DNA of 24,820 nt, from positions 1 to 24,820 of the forward strand of contig JANMKN010000245.1 in NCBI GenBank assembly GCA_031372065.1. Direction: 5' to 3'. Source of the DNA: Abditibacteriaceae bacterium. Lineage in GTDB: Bacteria > Armatimonadota > Abditibacteriia > Abditibacteriales > Abditibacteriaceae. The notes under the pieces were generated by a model. That model was not told where the DNA came from, made no database searches, and saw nothing but the letters and a program-made list of their open reading frames with translations. Numbering within the stretch: the stretch's first letter is position 1; every line of letters starts with the position of its first letter. Below are positions 8,480-17,205 of this stretch, one piece after another. A program made the translations under genes and the position numbers.

Positions 8480-8508
8480 TTGACTTTTCTCAAACAGCCC
8501 TTTAAAAT
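8480..8508 (+). promoter_or_regulatory. Sigma70-type promoter for the tamB-like gene
   Basis: TTGACT-N17-TAAAAT. Confidence 0.6.
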
Positions 8509-8628
8509 CTGCCGGACTGTTGAAGCACTTGAACGTTCCCGGTTGGATTTTTGCTCTTAAGAGAGCGCTTTTTGCGTTCACAAGGCTCGGAAAATTATCG
8601 CAGCAATTTCCACCGCCCGCCGAGTCCC

Positions 8629-11600
8629 ATGTTAAATCGCCGCCGGCCCCGCTCTGGGCCAAAAATCAAATCTTCCGCTTCGCTGTCGTTTCAGCGTTCG
8701 CTTTTGCGCTGGAACGATTTGCGGCGTTTGCGCAAAGGCTTGGTGCGCGCGCGCCATCACTCGCTGCGTTCGGGTGCCAATCGCATCAACGAAGAAGATC
8801 GTCACGGCGGGCGCGGCATTGGTCTTAGCCTTGTTCGCCGCGTCACGCGCGCCGGAGTGCCCTTAATTTTTATCGCGCTGCTTTTGATGATCGGGCGACG
8901 TTATACAGTGCAGCAATTAGATGTCGAAAAAATCCTGCGCCAGCAGGTCATTCCCCAACTCGAAGCCCAATATCACACAAAAATCGAAGTCGGCCCGGTG
9001 GAAAGCGACTGGATAAATCGCGTTGTTTTGCATGATGTTGTTATCGGGCGCGATTTGTCCAGTCCGCTTGGCGCCTTAGCCAAAGCGCGCACGGTGACAG
9101 TCAATTTGGATGTCGTTGGCTTGGCCTTGCGCCGCATGACGCCTTTGGAAGCGGTCAATGCCGTGACAGTGGATGAGCCGCAAGCGTTTCTTCTGCGCGA
9201 TGCCAAAGGCCATCTCAATTGGCAGGATTTGATTAGTAAAAATCACATCACTGGGAAAAAATGGCGTGGTCGCCTCACAGTTCGCGATGGCCGAATTTGG
9301 TATGAAGACCACGCTCTCAAAAGCGCCTCTGGCAAAATCACTTTGGCCGATGCGCGCGGCTTAAATGCCGAAGCTATTTTCAATGGCGATGGCCCGATTC
9401 AGTTCGCCGCGAGCGCGCAGGAAACTTATCTCGGCCCACAAAAAGTAAAATTGCTAAACATCACCGCCAAAGGCGCGGCAGGTGCTTCTGGCGATTGGAG
9501 CAACGCCGATTTATCGCTTCCGCCCGTTCCCGCCACATTGCTGGTTGATTATGCGTTTCCCAACGGCGATGTCACGGCGCAAAACGGCACTCTGGGCGCC
9601 AATTTAACCCTTGCTTGGGACAAAAACCTGCCTAAAGCCGAACAAATCGCTGCCAATGGCGAACTTATCGCCCGTAATGTCGCTTTGCAAGCCCGACAAA
9701 TCGCCGAACCAAGCACTAATAATCCCCTTACTATCACCAATATCAACGGCCCGGTTTCGATAAAAAACAGCACCCTCGAAACGCGCGGCGCGCTTTTAAC
9801 GGCATTAAACACCAACTGGCGCACAGCGGGCACGATTGCGCTGTCAAAACCGCCCGTTTTCGATGTCATTGTGCAAAGCGATAGCATTGACACGAGGCGT
9901 TTGATTCGCCTCGCAAAAAGTGGCCCGTTGAAAAACAATCGCGACTTGCAGGCCGCCAACCTGAGTGGCGGACGCGCGCAAATGGATATGCATTTGACTG
10001 GCGACCAAAACGGCGCGCGGTTTTCTGGCACGGTTGGTATGGCGAATTTTTCAGCGTCGCATACGCACTATGGCCGCGCCAAAAGTGATTTCGTGCGCGC
10101 TTTTTTAGAAGGCAGTGCCAACCAGCAAGGCGCGCAATTTACGACGCGTTTAACGGTTCCTAATCTAACGGCGCAACAGCCACATTTTGGCACTTGGCAA
10201 AGCGGCGCTTTTGGCGGCGATTTCAAAGTGGCCCTCGCGAAAAACGCGCCTGCGCGCATCGAAGGCGCCTTTAAAAGTAGCGATGTCCTTGTGGCTTCCA
10301 ACGGCGCCCGTGCGCGCGTGGCGAATCTCGCTGGCAATCTCAAACTTGCCGCCACTGCCGAGCCGCACATCGAAGTGACAGGCTTGCAAATGCGCGAAGT
10401 TCGCGGCACTTTCAAAAATGATACTGTGCGTGCGGCGACCTTTAATGCCGACCTGAAACTCGCCGGAGAAAAGTGGGACAGTGAGTTTCGCGGCAGCGAC
10501 ATCTCCGCTTTGGTGGCGCGCAATGTGGGCAGCGCGGCAACACTGAACGGTCAAATTGCGGGCAATAGTTTGGACTTCGCCAAAGCGCGCGTGCGCAGCG
10601 ATTTTCACGCGACAAATTTGCTGGCGCGCACAGTCGGCCAAGGCACATTGCGCGCTGATTATTTGGATGGCGCCACGTTTTGGGCGGGCAACGATACGCG
10701 TCTTAAAAATCTTCCCGGCGGACGTTTGTGGAGCCGCGCCGATTTGAAAAATGCCTCCGGCGCAGTCGTAAAACTCGCCGAGGCGGGCGCTGTAAACGGG
10801 CGAGCTGCCCTTGCAAAAATTGTCGGGCGCTGGGCCAATTTGCCAAATGCGCAGCCTGCCGCTGCCGATGTGACTCTTGTGGCTTTCGCTGGAAAATCGG
10901 CGCGTTACGGCGCGGTCGGAGGTCAGAATTTACGAGTCATCGCGTCCACGCCCGATGCGCCATCGCGTTGGAATGGTCAGGCCGTAGCGGGTGCCTTGGA
11001 TATTTCGCAGGTGAATTTAGCGGCACTTTCGCCGCAGACCGCGCGCGAAGTCAGCAACATCGGCACGGTCAGCGGCAAAGTCAATTTCGCCAACGCCGGG
11101 GCGGGTCAAATGCCCACCGTTAATGGTAATGTGCGCCTTTCACGCGTGACATTGCGCGATGTGAATATCAGCGACGTGAGCGCCAACATCCATTTCGATG
11201 GAACACGTCTGCGCGTGGAAGATGCCATTGCAAACAGTGATATGGGCGCGGTTTCGGGCAACTTGGAAACGGCACTGGGCGCGAACGGCCTACCCGATTT
11301 GCAAGGCTTGCGCTTCACATTCGGCACGCAAAATCTCACCATCCATGCCGCACAAATTAATCCCTATCTCAAAGCGCAAAAAGTGCAGGCCAGCGGCACC
11401 GCAACAGGCAGTGTGCGCCTGAGTTCGACGGGCACCGACAACATTTATCAAGCGCGATTCGATTTGCAAATGCCCGTTGCTGCCTTGCGTCCGTTGGATG
11501 ACCCGCGCCCGACAGCGACAGCGCTGCTCACAACCGCCAGAGTGCGCGGTAGTGGCGCGGTGCGCTATATCAACGCAAATGACTGGCAGTTCACAGGCGA

Positions 11601-14600
11601 AACGGTTTTTGCCGCACAAAATGCCAGTTTCGATGGCGTGCCCGGCGAATCAAGAACGCAGTCTCTGGATGGATTTGGCGCACCTTTGTGGCTACATGGC
11701 AGCCGGGGCGAAGCGCTGCGCATTGCTTTGCGCGGTAGCATCACACACGACAAAAACGGCATTCAACCGCAAGTCGCAGGCGACCTTGAACTGGCAAATG
11801 TCAACTTTCCGTTACCGCCCACCAATACGAAGCCTCTGAGCTTGCGGGAAGCTCGCGCGGAATTTGTCGTCCAACCGGATGCCCTCAATTTATCGCGCCT
11901 TACGGCCTATTCTTTTAACGGCGAACTCAACGGCCACGCCAAGGTGGCGTTGGATGGCAGCAATGCGGTGCAAGGCCAAATCTTAGCCGAGAAAATGGAT
12001 ATGGCACAAGTTCGCGCGTGGATTTCTCCGTTATTGAAAGCTGGTGCTGACGATTGGTCAATGCGCGGCACGGGCTTTTTGCAAGCCGATTTTTCGGGCA
12101 CGCGCGACGCATTAAACACCAAAGTGCAAGCGCGGCTTTACGATGGCGCCGCGCGCGTGCGGGAAATGGATGTGCCGCTTGATGTTGTGCGCACCGCCTT
12201 TACGATTCGACTTCCCGATTGGAAAACCATACCCATCGAATCGCTCGCGGTGTGGAGCCGGGGCGCGCGAATTTCCACCAATGGCACGCTCACGCGAGGC
12301 TCCACGCCGCCGGGCGAAGTCGAAGATTTATTCAATGTCGGCTTGGATTTAAAAGCGACGCTAACCGATTTGCGCGCCACGCGTTTGAATGAAATTCCGG
12401 CCTTTGTCAACCTCCAAAAAGAAGCGGGCATTGATGGTTTGTTGAGCGCCGAAGTGCAGGTAAAAGGCACGGTGCGCCAACCCAAAGTTGCGGGCCGCAC
12501 CGCAGTGCGTTTGGCGCAGGCATTTGGCATCAACATCGCGGAAGCGCAAAGCGATTTAACGGCTTCGGTTTCAGCGGACGGCCCGCTTGTTGAGTTGCAT
12601 AACATCAGTGGACGCGCTGAAGGCACGTCTTTTAGCGGCAGCCTCGCCGCCGATTATCCGCGCAATGTTTGGACGGGGAAATTTGCGACGGAAGGCCTTT
12701 CGCCGGGTCGGGTTTTACGCGCCGCTGATGATCTGACCAATCTGAAAAGTCCAGCGCTCCCAGAAGGCGGACAAGTCAAATTCCCCTTGCGCACTTTGCC
12801 CGTGCGCGGCGCGTTAGCAGCGAACATTTCGCTGTCCGGCCAACTGGACGATTTGCAAGGCAAAACTGCCTTGCAAAACACTTTTGGCACCGTGGAAGTG
12901 CGCGCCGATGATTTGCGCTGGCGCGGCTTGCCTTTGGGCACTTTGACCGCCGATTTAGCCTTGCAAAACGGCCTTTTAAAAACGCGCCAACTCGAACTCA
13001 CGCGCGATGTGCCCGCGAAAGGGCCGCTGCCAGCGGGCAAAGCCGTATGGAAAATCAGCGGCGCGCTTCCGGCTCTGCCCGATGCACCGGGATTGGACGC
13101 GAAACTCAGTCTGGACGACGAGCGCCTCGCCTTTTTCTTTGATGCGCTTGAAGAGGCCCGCGACGCTTTAAAACTGCGCGCTGTAACAATTCCGATTCTC
13201 GATCAAGTTGTTGCCACCATTCAAAAACTGCCGCCTCAATTAAACGGCAAAGTCAGCCTTGTAGCCGATTTGAAAGGGCGCTGGTCAAAGCCGATGGTCA
13301 GAGTTGAAAACCTGTCCTTGCGAGAGGCCCATGCGCAAGGCCCCTTGGGCGCTGACCGCGAATTACCGGTATTAGACGCCGCCTTCGATTACGACGGACA
13401 AACAGTGACGATTCAAAATGCCGCCCTCCGTTTGCTCGGCGTAAAACTGCCGAGCGGCGAGCAAGCGGACGACACGGTTTTGCGTATCGCCGAAGGTGGG
13501 AAATTTACGCCCGATGGCGACAATAGCGTCATCAGTTTGCAAGCGCGCCTCATCAACGCGAATCTTTCGCAACTCGCTCCGTGGGTGCCGGCTTTGCGCG
13601 ACGAAAAGGGCCTTTCCAAGCTAACCGGCGATGTGCAACAGTTCGCCTTTGAAGTCAGTGGCACCTTGAAAAATCCGCATATTACGGGTGCTGTTACCGC
13701 GCAAAATATCAATTTCAGCAAATATACAATTGATCTGCTTCGTATCAACCGTTTCGATATCGGAGATGGCTTTTTCGAAATCCAAAAACCTAACCTGACG
13801 GTAACCAAAGGCGCGTTTCAATCATCGGCGGCATCGGGGCGCATTCCGTGGAGTTGGGAAAAGCCCGGCCCACGCATGGATGCGCCACTTGAAATTCATT
13901 TGCCTTTGGGCCGCGACGATTTGGGTGCCTTAGCGGGCACTTTCATACCGGCTTTGGCCCGCGCCGACGCCGATTCGTTTTCTGGCGAAATAGATATTAG
14001 CGGCACCGCCATCGCGCCCCACATTGGCGGCGCAATTACTATTAGCGATGGACGCTTTTTAGTTGATCCCAAATTGTTGCCGTTCGATGCCGGCTTGACA
14101 GGCGTCACCGGCAAAATCACCTTTAGCGAGATGAATCGCGTCACCATAAGCGGTTTGGATGGCACCGGCGATTTGACGGGACGCCTTGTGCCTCCGGCCA
14201 GCATTGTCGGCAAAACCACAGGCAATCCACCTGCCGAATTGCGTGAAGTTTCGGGGTTAGCGCCAACAATTACGCCAGCAACTGCCGCAACGGCTCAAAT
14301 GACCGGGCAAACACCGCAAAAAAAAGCGGAGGATGCGCAAAAAGCACAACGCAGCACCAAACTCAGCGGCGCTTTCTCGCTGGGCGGCGATATGCGTTTA
14401 GCCACCAACCCAGTCACCGGCGCTTTGTCACAAGAAACCTTTACGCGTGCGGTGCCAATGCTTTCCCAACATCGCTATAACTTGCACATTTCCATGCGCG
14501 AGGGCGGAGTTTCCACAGGCGACATCGCTGGCTTGCGCAACATCAATTTCGCGGCGTTCTGGCAAACCAGAGAAGGTGAAGCGGGACACGCCGCCACACA

Positions 14601-15993
14601 ACGAGTGCGCTGGATGTTAGGCGCGCAAGGCACGCCAGAACGCAAACAAACGGGTGGCGCCATTTATTCTTTGGGCGCGATAGATTTGGCAAGCAACTTT
14701 GCTGATGGCTTTGAAGAATTTTCACGCTCACGCGTGCGCTTGCTCGATGACCTTGCCGACTTCGAGCCATTCGCCGTTTATCGCCAAGTGGCCGCGCCAT
14801 CCGCATTGGGCATTTTAAAAGGGCCACAACCGGGTCGCGTGGCATTCAAAAGCTTCTTGCTGAACATCAAAGGTTTGGCTACCGGGCAAATAGATGGCAC
14901 ATTATCGTTAGATAACCGCGCACCACGTTCGCGCAACCTCCCAACCAAACCCAAACCATCCGTTGCAGCGCGCGTTTCTGCGGCGCGTGCGGCTCTTGGC
15001 TCACGAGGCAGCAACGAGTTTGCAAGCGAGATTCCCGGCGCGTTGCTGCAAGAAACACAAAGCGCCCTTTTGGAGAAGCCAAACGACGAATCCAAACGCG
15101 ATCCTTTGGATTCCAGCGACTTGCTGTCACCGGGCGGCGAAGGGCCGATTCGCGTAGCGGGAACTCTTGTTTTGTCACAAGCGACTTTATCGGGGTCACC
15201 GGTTGGTGGCGTCAGTGCGGGAGGATTATTACCACCCGGCCCGATGTTGGATTTATCGCTGGAAATCGGGCGTGCCGTGCAATTTTCAGTGACCAATGTG
15301 CGTGCCGTTGTCACCGGAAAAGTGGATGTAACCGGCACGCCCGCCGATCCTCTGGTTTCTGGAAAACTGACAATTCCATCGGGTTCGATTCGCTTTCCAA
15401 CCGCACAAGCGCGCATCCTCAAAGGCGAACTGGGCCTTACAGCGTATCGCGACAAGAACACAAATCTGTTGCGCACTTTGGTGGACATCAATGCTTCTGC
15501 ACGCGGTCAAGTCGGCAAATATACCATCACCATAGAAATCGTTGGGCCATTGGATTTGGGCAGCGAAACCAATCCGAACTTAAAAATTAACGTGACGTCC
15601 AACCCGCCATTATCCGAGGAACAAGCCAGATATCAGTTGCTGGGCTTACGAGGTCAGGATTTGACCGAAGAAAGCTACAAAGACGCCATTATTGCCGTTG
15701 TTAGCAGCCCCCTGCTTTCGGGCATCGAGCAATCGTTACAGCGCATTTTTGGTTTGGATACTCTGGCTTTGGAATATCGTTTTAACGAACCATTGACGGT
15801 GCAAGTCGGCAAATCCTTTGGTGACCGCATTTATGTCAGTTACCGACGTGTTTTGGGCGATCAAATCATAACGGGCACCGGCGAAAGATATACGCTGCGC
15901 ATGGAATATCGTTTGCGCAATGATGTGCAACTCGGCGTGCAAAAAAGTGACGTTAGCAACCGAGTCACCGTGGAAAAAACATGGCGTTTTTGA
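8629..15993 (+). CDS. tamB: Very large TamB/AsmA-like (DUF490) envelope-spanning protein
   Basis: Basic N-terminus plus one TM helix (AGVPLIFIALLLMIG). Long G/A/L-rich beta-strand repeats. TamB-type C-terminus GTPADPLVSG…TSNPPLSEE…VGKSFGDRIYVSY…KTWRF. Start at 8629 (ATG) or 8551 (TTG). Confidence 0.85.
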   Translation: MLNRRRPRSGPKIKSSASLSFQRSLLRWNDLRRLRKGLVRARHHSLRSGANRINEEDRHGGRGIGLSLVRRVTRAGVPLIFIALLLMIGRRYTVQQLDVEKILRQQVIPQLEAQYHTKIEVGPVESDWINRVVLHDVVIGRDLSSPLGALAKARTVTVNLDVVGLALRRMTPLEAVNAVTVDEPQAFLLRDAKGHLNWQDLISKNHITGKKWRGRLTVRDGRIWYEDHALKSASGKITLADARGLNAEAIFNGDGPIQFAASAQETYLGPQKVKLLNITAKGAAGASGDWSNADLSLPPVPATLLVDYAFPNGDVTAQNGTLGANLTLAWDKNLPKAEQIAANGELIARNVALQARQIAEPSTNNPLTITNINGPVSIKNSTLETRGALLTALNTNWRTAGTIALSKPPVFDVIVQSDSIDTRRLIRLAKSGPLKNNRDLQAANLSGGRAQMDMHLTGDQNGARFSGTVGMANFSASHTHYGRAKSDFVRAFLEGSANQQGAQFTTRLTVPNLTAQQPHFGTWQSGAFGGDFKVALAKNAPARIEGAFKSSDVLVASNGARARVANLAGNLKLAATAEPHIEVTGLQMREVRGTFKNDTVRAATFNADLKLAGEKWDSEFRGSDISALVARNVGSAATLNGQIAGNSLDFAKARVRSDFHATNLLARTVGQGTLRADYLDGATFWAGNDTRLKNLPGGRLWSRADLKNASGAVVKLAEAGAVNGRAALAKIVGRWANLPNAQPAAADVTLVAFAGKSARYGAVGGQNLRVIASTPDAPSRWNGQAVAGALDISQVNLAALSPQTAREVSNIGTVSGKVNFANAGAGQMPTVNGNVRLSRVTLRDVNISDVSANIHFDGTRLRVEDAIANSDMGAVSGNLETALGANGLPDLQGLRFTFGTQNLTIHAAQINPYLKAQKVQASGTATGSVRLSSTGTDNIYQARFDLQMPVAALRPLDDPRPTATALLTTARVRGSGAVRYINANDWQFTGETVFAAQNASFDGVPGESRTQSLDGFGAPLWLHGSRGEALRIALRGSITHDKNGIQPQVAGDLELANVNFPLPPTNTKPLSLREARAEFVVQPDALNLSRLTAYSFNGELNGHAKVALDGSNAVQGQILAEKMDMAQVRAWISPLLKAGADDWSMRGTGFLQADFSGTRDALNTKVQARLYDGAARVREMDVPLDVVRTAFTIRLPDWKTIPIESLAVWSRGARISTNGTLTRGSTPPGEVEDLFNVGLDLKATLTDLRATRLNEIPAFVNLQKEAGIDGLLSAEVQVKGTVRQPKVAGRTAVRLAQAFGINIAEAQSDLTASVSADGPLVELHNISGRAEGTSFSGSLAADYPRNVWTGKFATEGLSPGRVLRAADDLTNLKSPALPEGGQVKFPLRTLPVRGALAANISLSGQLDDLQGKTALQNTFGTVEVRADDLRWRGLPLGTLTADLALQNGLLKTRQLELTRDVPAKGPLPAGKAVWKISGALPALPDAPGLDAKLSLDDERLAFFFDALEEARDALKLRAVTIPILDQVVATIQKLPPQLNGKVSLVADLKGRWSKPMVRVENLSLREAHAQGPLGADRELPVLDAAFDYDGQTVTIQNAALRLLGVKLPSGEQADDTVLRIAEGGKFTPDGDNSVISLQARLINANLSQLAPWVPALRDEKGLSKLTGDVQQFAFEVSGTLKNPHITGAVTAQNINFSKYTIDLLRINRFDIGDGFFEIQKPNLTVTKGAFQSSAASGRIPWSWEKPGPRMDAPLEIHLPLGRDDLGALAGTFIPALARADADSFSGEIDISGTAIAPHIGGAITISDGRFLVDPKLLPFDAGLTGVTGKITFSEMNRVTISGLDGTGDLTGRLVPPASIVGKTTGNPPAELREVSGLAPTITPATAATAQMTGQTPQKKAEDAQKAQRSTKLSGAFSLGGDMRLATNPVTGALSQETFTRAVPMLSQHRYNLHISMREGGVSTGDIAGLRNINFAAFWQTREGEAGHAATQRVRWMLGAQGTPERKQTGGAIYSLGAIDLASNFADGFEEFSRSRVRLLDDLADFEPFAVYRQVAAPSALGILKGPQPGRVAFKSFLLNIKGLATGQIDGTLSLDNRAPRSRNLPTKPKPSVAARVSAARAALGSRGSNEFASEIPGALLQETQSALLEKPNDESKRDPLDSSDLLSPGGEGPIRVAGTLVLSQATLSGSPVGGVSAGGLLPPGPMLDLSLEIGRAVQFSVTNVRAVVTGKVDVTGTPADPLVSGKLTIPSGSIRFPTAQARILKGELGLTAYRDKNTNLLRTLVDINASARGQVGKYTITIEIVGPLDLGSETNPNLKINVTSNPPLSEEQARYQLLGLRGQDLTEESYKDAIIAVVSSPLLSGIEQSLQRIFGLDTLALEYRFNEPLTVQVGKSFGDRIYVSYRRVLGDQIITGTGERYTLRMEYRLRNDVQLGVQKSDVSNRVTVEKTWRF

Positions 15994-16115
15994 AAATTGT
16001 CGCGCAATTGCAACAATCTCGCGTTTGGTTTTTTCACAATCGGGGCAAAATAGAAACGTTGTGTCTCGTTTTTGTCAAGTCACAATGGATTGAGGGCAAG
16101 TTTCAGGAATATCGC

Positions 16116-16141
16116 GGAACTATTTCGAAATAGTTCTGTTA
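16116..16141 (+). promoter_or_regulatory. ECF-type promoter overlapped by a perfect 20-bp palindrome
   Basis: GGAAC-N17-GTTA; gaactatttcgaaatagttc (16117-16136) is self-complementary. Confidence 0.5.
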
Positions 16142-16224
16142 ATATTTCTTAAGCGTGCATTTTTGACAGGGACTTATAAATCAAAGCTTGCTAAACTGCA
16201 AGCACACACGAGAGGTAAACCACT

Positions 16225-16950
16225 ATGGCATTGTTTTCCCGCCGCACGGCGACCCCAGCCCGCGCTATTGCGCCCGTTGTTTTGAGTTCGGCCCGTTCAG
16301 CCTCCACCGATTCTGAAACGATTGATCCCAGCGTGCCGATTAAGCAGTCCATGACCTTTGAAGAGGTCGTCGAGCGTTATCACGGCAAGGTGTTTCAATT
16401 GGTTTATCGCTACACCGGCGATTACGAAGAAGCCTGCGACCTCACGCAAGACACCTTTGTTCGCGCCTATGGAGCGTGGAATGAATTTCGTGGTGATTCT
16501 CAGATTTATACATGGCTTTATCGCATCGCGATTAACCTTTGCCATAATCAGCAAAAGAAATTGCAGCGCCGTCGCCGTGTGGAAAGCGTTTCTTTAGATG
16601 CCCCTATCGAAGAAGGCAGCAACGAAGGCTGGAGCAGCCAACGCGTTGCCGACGAGCGCCCCTTACCTCTCCAAGTTCTCGAAAGCGTTGAAATGCGCGC
16701 CCGCTTGCATGAGGCGCTCGCCCAACTCCCCGAAAATTACCGCACCGTTATTGTGTTGCGCGACATCGAAGGCTTAACCTACGAAGAAATTGCGCGCATC
16801 ACGGATTCCACTCTCGAAGCTATTAAAAGCCGCTTATTCCGCGCTCGCAATGCCATCCGCCGCCTGATGGAGCCATATCTGCTCGGCCCCCTGCCCAATG
16901 TCCCGCGCGAATTCGCACTCGAAGAAGAGCGCACAGGCGTTACTCTGTAA
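16225..16950 (+). CDS. ECF (group 4) sigma-70 factor, RpoE/SigW-like
   Basis: Region 2: EEACDLTQDTFVRAY…YTWLYRIAIN. Region 4: LPENYRTVIVLRDIEGLTYEEIA…IKSRLFRAR. RBS GAGGT upstream. Confidence 0.95.
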   Translation: MALFSRRTATPARAIAPVVLSSARSASTDSETIDPSVPIKQSMTFEEVVERYHGKVFQLVYRYTGDYEEACDLTQDTFVRAYGAWNEFRGDSQIYTWLYRIAINLCHNQQKKLQRRRRVESVSLDAPIEEGSNEGWSSQRVADERPLPLQVLESVEMRARLHEALAQLPENYRTVIVLRDIEGLTYEEIARITDSTLEAIKSRLFRARNAIRRLMEPYLLGPLPNVPREFALEEERTGVTL

Positions 16951-17049
16951 AGGCTTCTCAAAAGGCGGTTTTACGATTTGACAGAAGGCGTTGCTCTTTT
17001 TTCAAGCACAAACCTGCCAGACCCGTTAAAATTCAATCGGCCCTTGATT

Positions 17050-17080
17050 AATGGCCCGCCCTCACCGGCGGGCCATTTTA
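17050..17080 (+). terminator. Hairpin, possible terminator after the ECF sigma gene
   Basis: aatggcccgcc-ctcacc-ggcgggccatt ending in a short T run. Confidence 0.6.
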
Positions 17081-17127
17081 GCAATTGGTAGCAAGCACTC
17101 ACAAAGACAATTCAATTGCCGTTCTGC

Positions 17128-17153
17128 TGAACTTGCACCAATCGTTGCCGTAT
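17128..17153 (+). promoter_or_regulatory. Candidate ECF-type promoter for omp85
   Basis: TGAAC-N16-CGTA(T), about 50 nt upstream of the ATG. Confidence 0.4.
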
Positions 17154-17205
17154 TATGGCAGCCGTAACATTTTAACCACCAATTCTTGGGGAGGCATCCG
17201 CCGGA

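Noticed and set aside
8311..8493. Longer start of the PIG-L ORF
   Set aside because: It overlaps the divergent promoter region and is not protein-like.
16117..16136. LexA (Cheo) box
   Set aside because: The GAAC and GTTC half-sites are 12 nt apart rather than 4.
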